This document shows, piece by piece, positions 8,084 through 15,199 of a stretch of DNA of 24,000 bases; positions within the stretch are counted from its first letter, which is position 1, and each line of letters opens with the position of its first letter. Origin of the DNA: an uncultured archaeon (GTDB taxonomy: Archaea > Halobacteriota > Archaeoglobi > Archaeoglobales > Archaeoglobaceae); NCBI GenBank assembly GCA_964498465.1, contig CAZCHG010000011.1, forward strand, positions 1-24,000. Direction: 5' to 3'. A program made the translations under genes and the position numbers. Under the pieces are notes generated by a model. That model saw nothing but the letters and a program-made list of their open reading frames with translations, was not told where the DNA came from and did not search any database.

Positions 8084-8524
8084 ATGATGTTCGAATTTAA
8101 AGTATTAACTGGTGCCATTTTCTTTATAATAATTGTAGCTTTAGTTATTTACGCATTAAAAAGTAGTAGAAAAAAAGAAGAAAAAACACCTGATTTGTAT
8201 GAACTGTCAGAGTCATCAAAGCACGCCAATTCGAATTTTGAAAATTTTGAAGTTAATACAAAGGAGATAGATAATGATCTAAGCTTAGAGAATGAAAATA
8301 AAAGTAAAGAAATTGGTAAGAAAGAGGAGAGTGATAAAATAGATTTTGATAAAGAGGAGGATAAGTTGATAGCAAGCATAGCTAAAGAGGTTGAAATGGA
8401 TGAGGAGGAGATTGATTTGCTTAGAGACTTAAAAGGACAAGAATTTGACATTCATGAACTTAAACGCGAACTTGGTGAGATTTTACAAAAGCTGAAGGAT
8501 ATTAATCTCCATCAAAAATCCTGA
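8084..8524 (+). CDS. Hypothetical membrane-anchored, highly acidic/charged protein
   Basis: Very strong SD aggaggtgg (8072-8080) before ATG 8084; the ORF track starts at TTG 8081. One N-terminal TM helix (LTGAIFFIIIVALVIYAL), then an E/K/D-rich helical tail. No family recognised. Confidence 0.6.
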   Translation: MMFEFKVLTGAIFFIIIVALVIYALKSSRKKEEKTPDLYELSESSKHANSNFENFEVNTKEIDNDLSLENENKSKEIGKKEESDKIDFDKEEDKLIASIAKEVEMDEEEIDLLRDLKGQEFDIHELKRELGEILQKLKDINLHQKS

Positions 8525-8529
8525 TAACA

Positions 8530-8661
8530 CCAAGTGAAGCTACCCCGCCCTAAAGGGCGGAGCTTCTCCCGTTCCACCTGCCTTCGCAGCAAAGCTTCAT
8601 ACGGGAAGTTGAGGGCTGGCTCACGACAGCCCCATCCCACTCCTCTTCATTAAGGAGTGGG
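8530..8661. ncRNA. Candidate structured RNA / GC-rich four-hairpin island (unclassified)
   Basis: There are four consecutive stem-loops: 8536-8566; 8567-8606 (tcccgt/acggga enclosing ctgc-cttc-gcag); 8613-8632 (gggctg/cagccc); and 8636-8661 (perfect 9-bp stem cccactcct/aggagtggg). The GC content is far above the surrounding sequence and there is no ORF. Strand and RNA class are undetermined. Confidence 0.35.
8536..8566 (+). repeat. GC-hairpin repeat element, copy B
   Basis: Inner stem ccgccc-taaa-gggcgg (8545-8560) is extended by outer stem gaagct/agcttc with a 3-nt bulge. The 19-nt core ccccgccctaaagggcgga is identical to copy D. It starts 12 nt after the stop of the 8084 ORF. Confidence 0.7.
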
Positions 8662-8785
8662 CTAAATTGATTGCAGAGTTCAAATCTCGATTATATTCAC
8701 GGGAAACGTTCTCTTAAAAGTTTGATTGAGCTTCGAATATTTAAAGCTACTACCAACAACCCCCTCCCGCCACCCTCTTGCATGC

Positions 8786-8826
8786 CTCCGCTTTGAAAAG
8801 CAAGGTTTTGCAAGCAACGATTTTAT
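8786..8826 (+). repeat. GC-hairpin repeat element, copy C (decayed, stem preserved by compensatory changes)
   Basis: cctccgctt-tgaa-aagcaaggttttgcaagcaacgatttta aligns with copy A. It has the same tgaa loop, and two C:G stem pairs are replaced by T:A on both arms. A C-rich tract (8752-8791) precedes it. Confidence 0.5.
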
Positions 8827-8856
8827 AAAAAATGAGTTCCTACATTCAGTTTTTTA

Positions 8857-8929
8857 CGCCGCCGGCAGGATTCGAACCTGCGACCGTCCGGTTAACAGCC
8901 GGACGCTCTACCAGCTGAGCTACGGCGGC
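8857..8929 (-). tRNA. tRNA-Asn (anticodon GTT)
   Basis: The minus strand reads GCCGCCG-TA-GCTC-AGCTGGTA-GAGC-G-TCCGG-CTGTTAA-CCGGA-CGGTC-GCAGG-TTCGAAT-CCTGC-CGGCGGC-G, a full cloverleaf. No intron, and CCA is not encoded. An oligo-T run follows the 3' end. Confidence 0.95.
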
Positions 8930-8961
8930 TTTCGCTTTCTATCTTAATCTTCTATAGATGT

Positions 8962-8969
8962 ATTATAAA
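8962..8969 (-). promoter_or_regulatory. Candidate TATA box for tRNA-Asn
   Basis: The minus strand reads ggaaaaa-tttataat, about 32 nt upstream of the mature tRNA 5' end. The upstream A-rich stretch is BRE-like. Confidence 0.5.
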
Positions 8970-9179
8970 TTTTTCCTTCAAAACTTAAAAACCCAAATCA
9001 AACTTTGTGTGAAATTTTAAAGTAGTTTAATTATATATGAATATTATAAAAATATTGTGAAATTTTTGAGAACAGAATGAAAAACTGATTTATTAATGAT
9101 GTGCTTATTGTCGCTGGAATATTACTCACCTTTGCGCTTTATTAGGAAGAATGATTATTATTCATATTTTATTGACATA

Positions 9180-9220
9180 CCCCCGCCCTAAAGGGCGGAA
9201 CTTTCTTGGCAATGTTTTGT
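9180..9220 (+). repeat. GC-hairpin repeat element, copy D
   Basis: cccccgccc-taaa-gggcgg followed by aactttcttggcaatgttttgt. The core is identical to copy B and the tail is similar to copy A. It lies about 55 nt upstream of the arsA-like start. Confidence 0.7.
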
Positions 9221-9273
9221 AAAATTCCTCTAAGGAAAAACTCTAAAAATAAAAATTCCATAATTTAACCTAA

Positions 9274-10428
9274 ATGGAACCAAGAGTTCTGTTGTTTACG
9301 GGTAAAGGAGGAGTTGGAAAAACAACAATAGCAGCAGCAACTGCCATAAAGGCAGCAAATTTAGGTTACGAAACATTAATAATATCAACAGATCCTGCGC
9401 ATAGTCTCTCTGACTCTTTTCAGAAAAAGATAGGACCAGAACCTACCCAACTCAACAAAAATCTTTATGCTATGGAAGTAAATGTAGAGCACGAATTAAA
9501 AAAGCACTGGGAGGTTATAAAGAATTATTTGGTATTATTCTTTAAATCACAAGGCATTGATGATATAATATCTGAGGAATTAGCCATATTTCCAGGATTT
9601 GATGAATTTGCGAGTTTGTTGAATCTTTTAAACTTCTATGAAAACGAAAAGTACGATGTAATAATTCTAGATTGTGCACCGACTGGTCAAACATTAAGAC
9701 TTTTAAGCGTTCCAGAAGTAGCAAAATGGTATATGAATAGACTCTTTGGAATAGAGCGAAAGGTTCTAAAAGTAGTTAAACCCATTGTGGAGCCAATTGT
9801 GGATGTTCCCTTGCCAACAGATGAGGTCTTAGATAAAATTCAAGAACTTTATATAAAAATTGGTAAAGTAAAAGAAATACTTGAAAAAGATAAATCCACT
9901 GTTAGATTGGTAATGAATCCTGAAAGAATGGTGATAAAAGAATCGGAAAGGGCTTTTACTTATTTAAATCTATTTGGATATAAAATAGACTGCGTAATTG
10001 TTAATAAGATTCTTCCAGAAAATGTGGATAAGTACTTTTCTGAATGGTATAACATACAAAATAAATATCTCAGAGAAATAAGAGAAAGATTTCCAGTACC
10101 AATTTTTGAGGTAAAACTTAGATCTAAAGAGGTTGTAGGAAATTTACTTCATGAATTGGCCAACGAACTTTACTCTGGAAGAGACCCTACGGATGTATTT
10201 TATTTGGAGAAGCCTATAAATATTTTGAAGAGAGATGATAAAATAATAATGGAAATAAATACACCATTTACAGTTAAGGAGGAAATAAATTTATATAAAA
10301 GAGGGAAGGAGTTAATAATAATACTAGGTAACTGGAAAAGGATAGTATTTTTACCAGAAAGCTTAGCATTGAGAGACGCAGTTGGTGCAAGATTTAAAAA
10401 TGGAAAATTAGAAATTATATTTAGCTAA
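9274..10428 (+). CDS. arsA: ArsA/Get3-family P-loop ATPase with C-terminal HSP20-like domain
   Basis: Deviant Walker A GKGGVGKTT and signature TDPAHSLSD. The C-terminal beta-rich segment (KRGKELIIILGNWKRIVFLPESL...GARFKNGKLEIIFS) resembles the ArsA HSP20-like domain. Confidence 0.85.
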   Translation: MEPRVLLFTGKGGVGKTTIAAATAIKAANLGYETLIISTDPAHSLSDSFQKKIGPEPTQLNKNLYAMEVNVEHELKKHWEVIKNYLVLFFKSQGIDDIISEELAIFPGFDEFASLLNLLNFYENEKYDVIILDCAPTGQTLRLLSVPEVAKWYMNRLFGIERKVLKVVKPIVEPIVDVPLPTDEVLDKIQELYIKIGKVKEILEKDKSTVRLVMNPERMVIKESERAFTYLNLFGYKIDCVIVNKILPENVDKYFSEWYNIQNKYLREIRERFPVPIFEVKLRSKEVVGNLLHELANELYSGRDPTDVFYLEKPINILKRDDKIIMEINTPFTVKEEINLYKRGKELIIILGNWKRIVFLPESLALRDAVGARFKNGKLEIIFS

Positions 10429-10485
10429 AAAATTAATTTTTAATAGAAGAGATAAAATTTGGAAATCGCAAAGGAGTGCTAAAGA

Positions 10486-11490
10486 ATGAAATGTGTCATA
10501 TGCGGTAGGGAAACTCACACGGATACTATACCTTTATGTCCAAAATGTAGTAAGGAAGAAATGGCTATAGATTTTGCAAAGGAAATTCACGATGGTATGG
10601 AAAAAATTAAAAGGGAATCCGATGTTAAGTGTAATCTTTGCTCCAATGAATGTGGACTATTTGAAGGAGAAACTGGTTTGTGTAGATTGAGATGGGCAGA
10701 AAACAATAAGTTAAAGTCACTTGTAAACGGTAGCAAGGCGATTTTGTATTCATATGAGGATAAATTGCCAACTAATTGCTGTAATTCTTGGTTTTGTAAG
10801 GGAACTAGATTAAAAGGAACAAATTTAGCAGTATTTTATTATGGTTGCAATTTTGACTGTTTATATTGCCAAAACTGGGAGCACAAAATGGTAGAACAGG
10901 GCAAAATTGTAAGCGTGAATGAAATGGTTAACAGAGCTATGAAAGAAAGGATTAAGTGTATTTGTCACTTTGGAGGATCACCAGAACCTCAATTAGCATT
11001 TGCGATAAACTTTAGCAAGAAAGTGTTGGAAAAAAGAGACATAATGATATGCTGGGAATGGAACGGTGCAGGAAGGAAAAATCTTGTTTTAAAAGCTGCT
11101 GAACTTAGCAGCATAAGCGGTGGTACTGTAAAATTTGACTTAAAAGCTTGGAACGAAAATTTGCATTACATTCTTACAGGTAGAAGTAATAAGGAAACTC
11201 TGAAAAACTTTGAAAGAATATTTGAAAAGTATCCTGAAGTTTTATCGGCTACAACCTTGTTAGTACCTTATTATGTAGATAAAGAAGAAGTTAAAGGTAT
11301 AGCATCATTTTTGGCATCACTAGATGAGTCCATACCTTACAGTTTGCTTGTGTTTCATCCAGATTACAGATTATCGGATTTACCGATTACACCAAAGTCA
11401 CAAGTTTTTGAGTGCTACGATGTGGCAAGGAGATATCTTAAAAAGGTAAACATTGGGAATCTACATTTACTGGGATGGATCTGGATCTAA
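10486..11490 (+). CDS. Radical SAM enzyme, PflA/AmmeMemoRadiSam-like activase family, with N-terminal zinc-ribbon
   Basis: CNFDCLYCQNW (CX3CX2C SAM cluster), an upstream C..C....C...G..G.C..R motif typical of this subfamily, an N-terminal CxxC...CxxC motif, and SD aggagtg. Confidence 0.7.
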   Translation: MKCVICGRETHTDTIPLCPKCSKEEMAIDFAKEIHDGMEKIKRESDVKCNLCSNECGLFEGETGLCRLRWAENNKLKSLVNGSKAILYSYEDKLPTNCCNSWFCKGTRLKGTNLAVFYYGCNFDCLYCQNWEHKMVEQGKIVSVNEMVNRAMKERIKCICHFGGSPEPQLAFAINFSKKVLEKRDIMICWEWNGAGRKNLVLKAAELSSISGGTVKFDLKAWNENLHYILTGRSNKETLKNFERIFEKYPEVLSATTLLVPYYVDKEEVKGIASFLASLDESIPYSLLVFHPDYRLSDLPITPKSQVFECYDVARRYLKKVNIGNLHLLGWIWI

Positions 11491-11501
11491 ATGCTCTCAA
11501 G

Positions 11502-11507
11502 TTTTTT
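11502..11507 (+). terminator. Oligo-T run after the radical SAM gene
   Basis: T6 lies 12 nt after the stop codon. Confidence 0.35.
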
Positions 11508-11653
11508 AAATTAAACGCTCTTTTGCTAACGGTGTCAAAACACTTTTCTTAGGAAGAATCTTCAAAATCTTAAAAAAGGGTAGATAAATCAAAAAAATTA
11601 AAATTGGCAAACCTACTTAAAAACACAATAAAAACGGAAAAAGGTGTTAAACA

Positions 11654-12037
11654 TTGAAGATGCAGACTGAAGTTAGACAGCTAAAGGAAGGAGGATATAT
11701 AGTTATTGACGATGAGCCTTGTGAAATTGTAGGAATATCAGTAAGTAAACCTGGTAAACATGGTGCCGCTAAGGCTAGAATTGATGCTATAGGCATATTT
11801 GATAAGCAGAAAAGAAGTATAGTTCAGCCTGTTACTGCAAAAGTATATGTACCAATTGTTGAGAGGAAGAGAGCTCAAGTTTTAAGTGTCGTAGGGGATA
11901 CAGCTCAGTTAATGGATTTAGAAACCTACGAAACTTTTGAATTGCCAATTCCAGAGGAGGTTAAAGATAAAGTAAAACCTGGAGCTGAAATAGTTTATAT
12001 AGAATCACTTGGTAAGAGAAAAATTGCCGAAAAGTGA
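11654..12037 (+). CDS. eif5a: Translation initiation/elongation factor aIF5A
   Basis: Hypusine-site motif [12 protein letters not shown], about 125 aa, SH3-like plus OB-fold pattern. The start is either TTG 11654 (7 nt after ggtg) or ATG 11660. Confidence 0.93.
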   Translation: MKMQTEVRQLKEGGYIVIDDEPCEIVGISVSKPGKHGAAKARIDAIGIFDKQKRSIVQPVTAKVYVPIVERKRAQVLSVVGDTAQLMDLETYETFELPIPEEVKDKVKPGAEIVYIESLGKRKIAEK

Positions 12038-12038
12038 T

Positions 12039-12866
12039 ATGCATATAGATTCTTTTTTTTCAGTCTCTAACTCGGACTTAAAGGAAGCTAAATTTGTTAT
12101 TTACGGTATACCGTATGATCAAACACAAACATTCAGATCTGGTTCAAGGTTCGCTCCGAATGCAATAAGAGAAGCTAGTTGGAATCTTGAGGAATATTCT
12201 TCTTTTTTTGATTACGATGTATCTAAATCAAAAATCTGTGACTGTGGAAACATAAATACGGATGGTAAGTTTGAGGAAATAGTAGAAAGAACTAGGAATT
12301 TTTTGGGAAAATTAAAGAAAAAAACAATACCGATAGCTTTAGGTGGAGAACATACAATTACATATGCAGCAACAACTGTTTATGATAACATCTGTTATGT
12401 GGTTTTTGACGCGCATTTAGATCTTAGAGCTGAGTTTAACGGCGAAAAATACAATCATGCTTGCACTTTAAGGAGGATTTACGAAGATAGAGAATACGAA
12501 ATAATCATAATTGGCGCTAGGAGTTTTACGCAAGAAGAAAAAGAGTTTATTCAAAGAAATAGGAGAATAAAATGTTATACATCCTGGAAAATAAAAAAAG
12601 AAAACATAATTCCTGAAGAAATCGAGTCGTACGATAAAGTTTATGTATCAATTGACATGGATGTGTTTGATCCATCATTTGCTCCAGGTGTATCAGTTCC
12701 AGAACCGTTTGGATTAAATCCAGATTATCTTTTGCTTTTTTTGGACAAATACGGTAAAAAAATTGTGGGAGCTGATATAACGGAAGTTATACCCGATCAG
12801 AATTATACTACACAAATATTAGCAGCAAAAATCGTAATTGAAATAATAGCATCAATAGAACGTTAA
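12039..12866 (+). CDS. speB: Agmatinase (ureohydrolase family)
   Basis: Mn-binding motifs GGEHTITY, DAHLDLR and SIDMDVFDPSFAPGVS. ATG 12039 lies 1 nt after the aIF5A stop (tgatatg). The ORF-track TTG 12009 extension overlaps aIF5A and is unlikely. Confidence 0.88.
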   Translation: MHIDSFFSVSNSDLKEAKFVIYGIPYDQTQTFRSGSRFAPNAIREASWNLEEYSSFFDYDVSKSKICDCGNINTDGKFEEIVERTRNFLGKLKKKTIPIALGGEHTITYAATTVYDNICYVVFDAHLDLRAEFNGEKYNHACTLRRIYEDREYEIIIIGARSFTQEEKEFIQRNRRIKCYTSWKIKKENIIPEEIESYDKVYVSIDMDVFDPSFAPGVSVPEPFGLNPDYLLLFLDKYGKKIVGADITEVIPDQNYTTQILAAKIVIEIIASIER

Positions 12867-14254
12867 GTTAAGGTATCTTTTAATTCATCTTCAATTCTCT
12901 TTGCAAAACTCAGTATTAGATTCTCTTCAAAATAATTGCCAATTATTTGCATTCCCACGGGTAAACCTTTTGAAAATCCTATTGGGAAGGAGAGAGAAGG
13001 TAACCCAGCTAAGTTGATTGGTACTGTGTTTACGTCCATTTTGTACATAGTCAAAGGATCAGCTAGTTCTCCGATTTTAAAAGGAAGAGAAGGCATGGTT
13101 GGTGAGATTAGTAGATCAAATTGCTTGAATGCATTTTTAAACTCGCCTATGATTAAAGTTCTAACTTTAAGTGCTTTTAAATAATATTTTCCATAATAAC
13201 CTGCTGATAAGACGAAGCTACCTAACATAATTCTTCTCTTTACCTCTTCCCCGAAACCTTTGGCTCTAACTTTCGAGAAAAACCTAGGCCAAGAATCTAG
13301 CTCATCTAATGTGAATCCGTATCTAACTCCATCGTACCTTGCGAGATTTGATGAAGCTTCACCCATGGCAATTACATAATAAGCTGCTAGAGCATATTTA
13401 AGTGAAGAAAAGCTAATTTTACTAATTTTTACGTTCAAAGATCTTATTGCATCTACAGCATCATAAAATTTGCTCATAACGTCATCGTTCCCGCTCATTT
13501 CTTGTATAATCCCAATGTTTAGCTTTTTATTTTTGTATTTTTCTGGCTTAAATCTAAATTGAATCCCAGCATTAGTGGAATCTCTTTCATCTTTTCCAGA
13601 AATCACTTCTAATAGCAAAGCCAAATCATCTACATTTGATGCCATAGGACCAATTTGTTCAAGCGAATTGGCATAAGGAATTAAACCGTATCTAGAAACT
13701 AATCCATAAGTCGGTTTTAGACCCAAAATATTGCAAAAACTAGCGGGACATCTTATACTACCACCAGTATCGCTACCTAATGCGAGTACAGTCTCACCTG
13801 CAGCTACAGCTGCAGCGCTACCTCCACTACTACCGCCAGCAACTCTGTTTAAGTCATAGGGATTTCTAACCACTCCAAAGTATGAAGTCTCGGTGGTTGT
13901 ACCCATTGCGAATTCGTCCATGTTGGTTTTACCAATAATTATTGCCCCCTCGTCTTTCAATCTTTCAACAACATGTGCATCAAAAACAGGTATGTAATTT
14001 TCAAGCATTCGGGAGGCGCACGTAGTTCTTAATCCTTTCGTGGTTATATTATCTTTTACTGCTACTGGGATTCCTGCCAGTTTTCCTTTTAACTTACCTT
14101 GATCGAATTTTTCAGCAGTATTTAAAGCATCCTTTTCATTGAGAGTTATGTACGCATTTAATTTACTCTTTTTGATTTTGTCAAATAATTCTAAAATTAG
14201 ATCAGTAGCTTTTTCACATTCTAATCTAGCTTTCCAATCTTCTACAGTAATCAT
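12863..14254 (-). CDS. gatA: Asp/Glu-tRNA amidotransferase subunit A (amidase signature family)
   Basis: Amidase signature GGSSGGSAAAVAAG. It follows gatC with a 2-nt gap. 463 aa. Confidence 0.92.
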   Translation of the reverse strand: MITVEDWKARLECEKATDLILELFDKIKKSKLNAYITLNEKDALNTAEKFDQGKLKGKLAGIPVAVKDNITTKGLRTTCASRMLENYIPVFDAHVVERLKDEGAIIIGKTNMDEFAMGTTTETSYFGVVRNPYDLNRVAGGSSGGSAAAVAAGETVLALGSDTGGSIRCPASFCNILGLKPTYGLVSRYGLIPYANSLEQIGPMASNVDDLALLLEVISGKDERDSTNAGIQFRFKPEKYKNKKLNIGIIQEMSGNDDVMSKFYDAVDAIRSLNVKISKISFSSLKYALAAYYVIAMGEASSNLARYDGVRYGFTLDELDSWPRFFSKVRAKGFGEEVKRRIMLGSFVLSAGYYGKYYLKALKVRTLIIGEFKNAFKQFDLLISPTMPSLPFKIGELADPLTMYKMDVNTVPINLAGLPSLSFPIGFSKGLPVGMQIIGNYFEENLILSFAKRIEDELKDTLT

Positions 14255-14256
14255 AC

Positions 14257-14577
14257 TTACTCAATTATTTTAGGTCCTTTAAAGAAACCATCTTCTTTAT
14301 GTCTAGTGTTTGCCAAGACTTCTTCCTGTGACAAAGACTTCTTTGGAATATCGTCCCTGAGTACATTATACAATGGTAAAACGTGAAATGTAGGCTCAAC
14401 ATCCTCAGGAACTTCATCCAAGATATTAAAATACTCCAAAATTTTTTCAAAATCGTTTTTTAATTTTTCCGCCTCTTTATCGTCAATTTCTATTTTAGCT
14501 AAAGTCGCAACATAGAATATCGTTTCCTTGTTAATCACAGAGTTTGGGTATAGGAATGGAAATTTATTTTTTACCAA
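14257..14577 (-). CDS. gatC: Asp/Glu-tRNA amidotransferase subunit C
   Basis: Small acidic protein directly upstream of gatA with the GatC-like pattern INKETIFYVA.LAKIEIDD.E...... The longest ORF starts at TTG 14577. An alternative GTG at 14538 would give a more typical length of about 93 aa. Confidence 0.75.
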   Translation of the reverse strand: MVKNKFPFLYPNSVINKETIFYVATLAKIEIDDKEAEKLKNDFEKILEYFNILDEVPEDVEPTFHVLPLYNVLRDDIPKKSLSQEEVLANTRHKEDGFFKGPKIIE

Positions 14578-14689
14578 CCCATAGTAAATGTATATTGAAT
14601 GTTTTTTGGTTTTAAACTCCTGATTATTTTATTGGAAGTTAAAAGTTTGAAATCGAATACATTGAAAAATAAAAATAGGCTAGGTTTTT

Positions 14690-15187
14690 ATGTGGAAGAA
14701 AATAGTGGAAAAGTTTGAAAGATATCCTTCGCAAATTGCTGTTGTTAAGGAGTTTTTAAGATTGGGAATATCGGTCAAGAATGGAAAAGCTTACTGTGGT
14801 AACATAGAACTAGTTCCAACGAAAATAGCTGAGGCTGTGGGTGTGGACAGGAAAGTTGTGATGATGGCTATACAAAATATAGAAAAGGATGAAGAGTTAA
14901 GGAAAGTATTCTCTTCTATAAAACCTGTAGCAAATATAGCTGATGTTGCAAGAATATTAGGATTTGGTGTGTTAGAAGTTTATGCTGATAGCAGAAAAGT
15001 TGGGATTGTGGCAGGAATCTCATCAATTCTTGCAAGAGAGAACATCTGCATAAGATACATACTGGCAGAGGATCCTGACATCAGTGTAGAGTCGAAATTA
15101 ACTGTAGTTACAGATACAAAAATACCAGGTAAACTAGTTGATGAATTCTTAGCAATAGATGGCGTTAAAAAAATAGTTATAGGTTAA
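14690..15187 (+). CDS. ACT-domain putative regulator of amino-acid metabolism (COG2150-like)
   Basis: About 165 aa. The N-terminal part is HTH-like, and the C-terminal part is an ACT-like beta-alpha-beta-beta-alpha-beta segment (VLEVYADSRKVGIVAGISSILARENICIRYI). The assignment comes from recalled family architecture. Confidence 0.5.
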   Translation: MWKKIVEKFERYPSQIAVVKEFLRLGISVKNGKAYCGNIELVPTKIAEAVGVDRKVVMMAIQNIEKDEELRKVFSSIKPVANIADVARILGFGVLEVYADSRKVGIVAGISSILARENICIRYILAEDPDISVESKLTVVTDTKIPGKLVDEFLAIDGVKKIVIG

Positions 15188-15199
15188 TTTTTGCAGAAT

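Noticed and set aside
8674-8692. tRNA T-arm-like sequence gcagagttcaaatctcga, together with the 9-bp hairpin at 8636-8661 as a possible intron-containing or split tRNA
   Set aside because: Only 3 bp of T-stem can form. No acceptor stem partner (aatataa) or D-arm exists upstream, and the 9-bp stem with an 8-nt loop does not match an anticodon arm or a bulge-helix-bulge motif.
8726-8947. 73-aa plus-strand ORF spanning the C-rich tract, hairpin copy C and the tRNA region
   Set aside because: It reads straight through the antisense of tRNA-Asn (8857-8929), starts at TTG without an SD, and has no protein-like features.
9097-9160. Possible C/D box sRNA (aatgatgt ... aatgatt) between tRNA-Asn and hairpin copy D
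   Set aside because: The C-like boxes are imperfect, there are no CUGA D/D' boxes at appropriate spacing, and there is no terminal stem.
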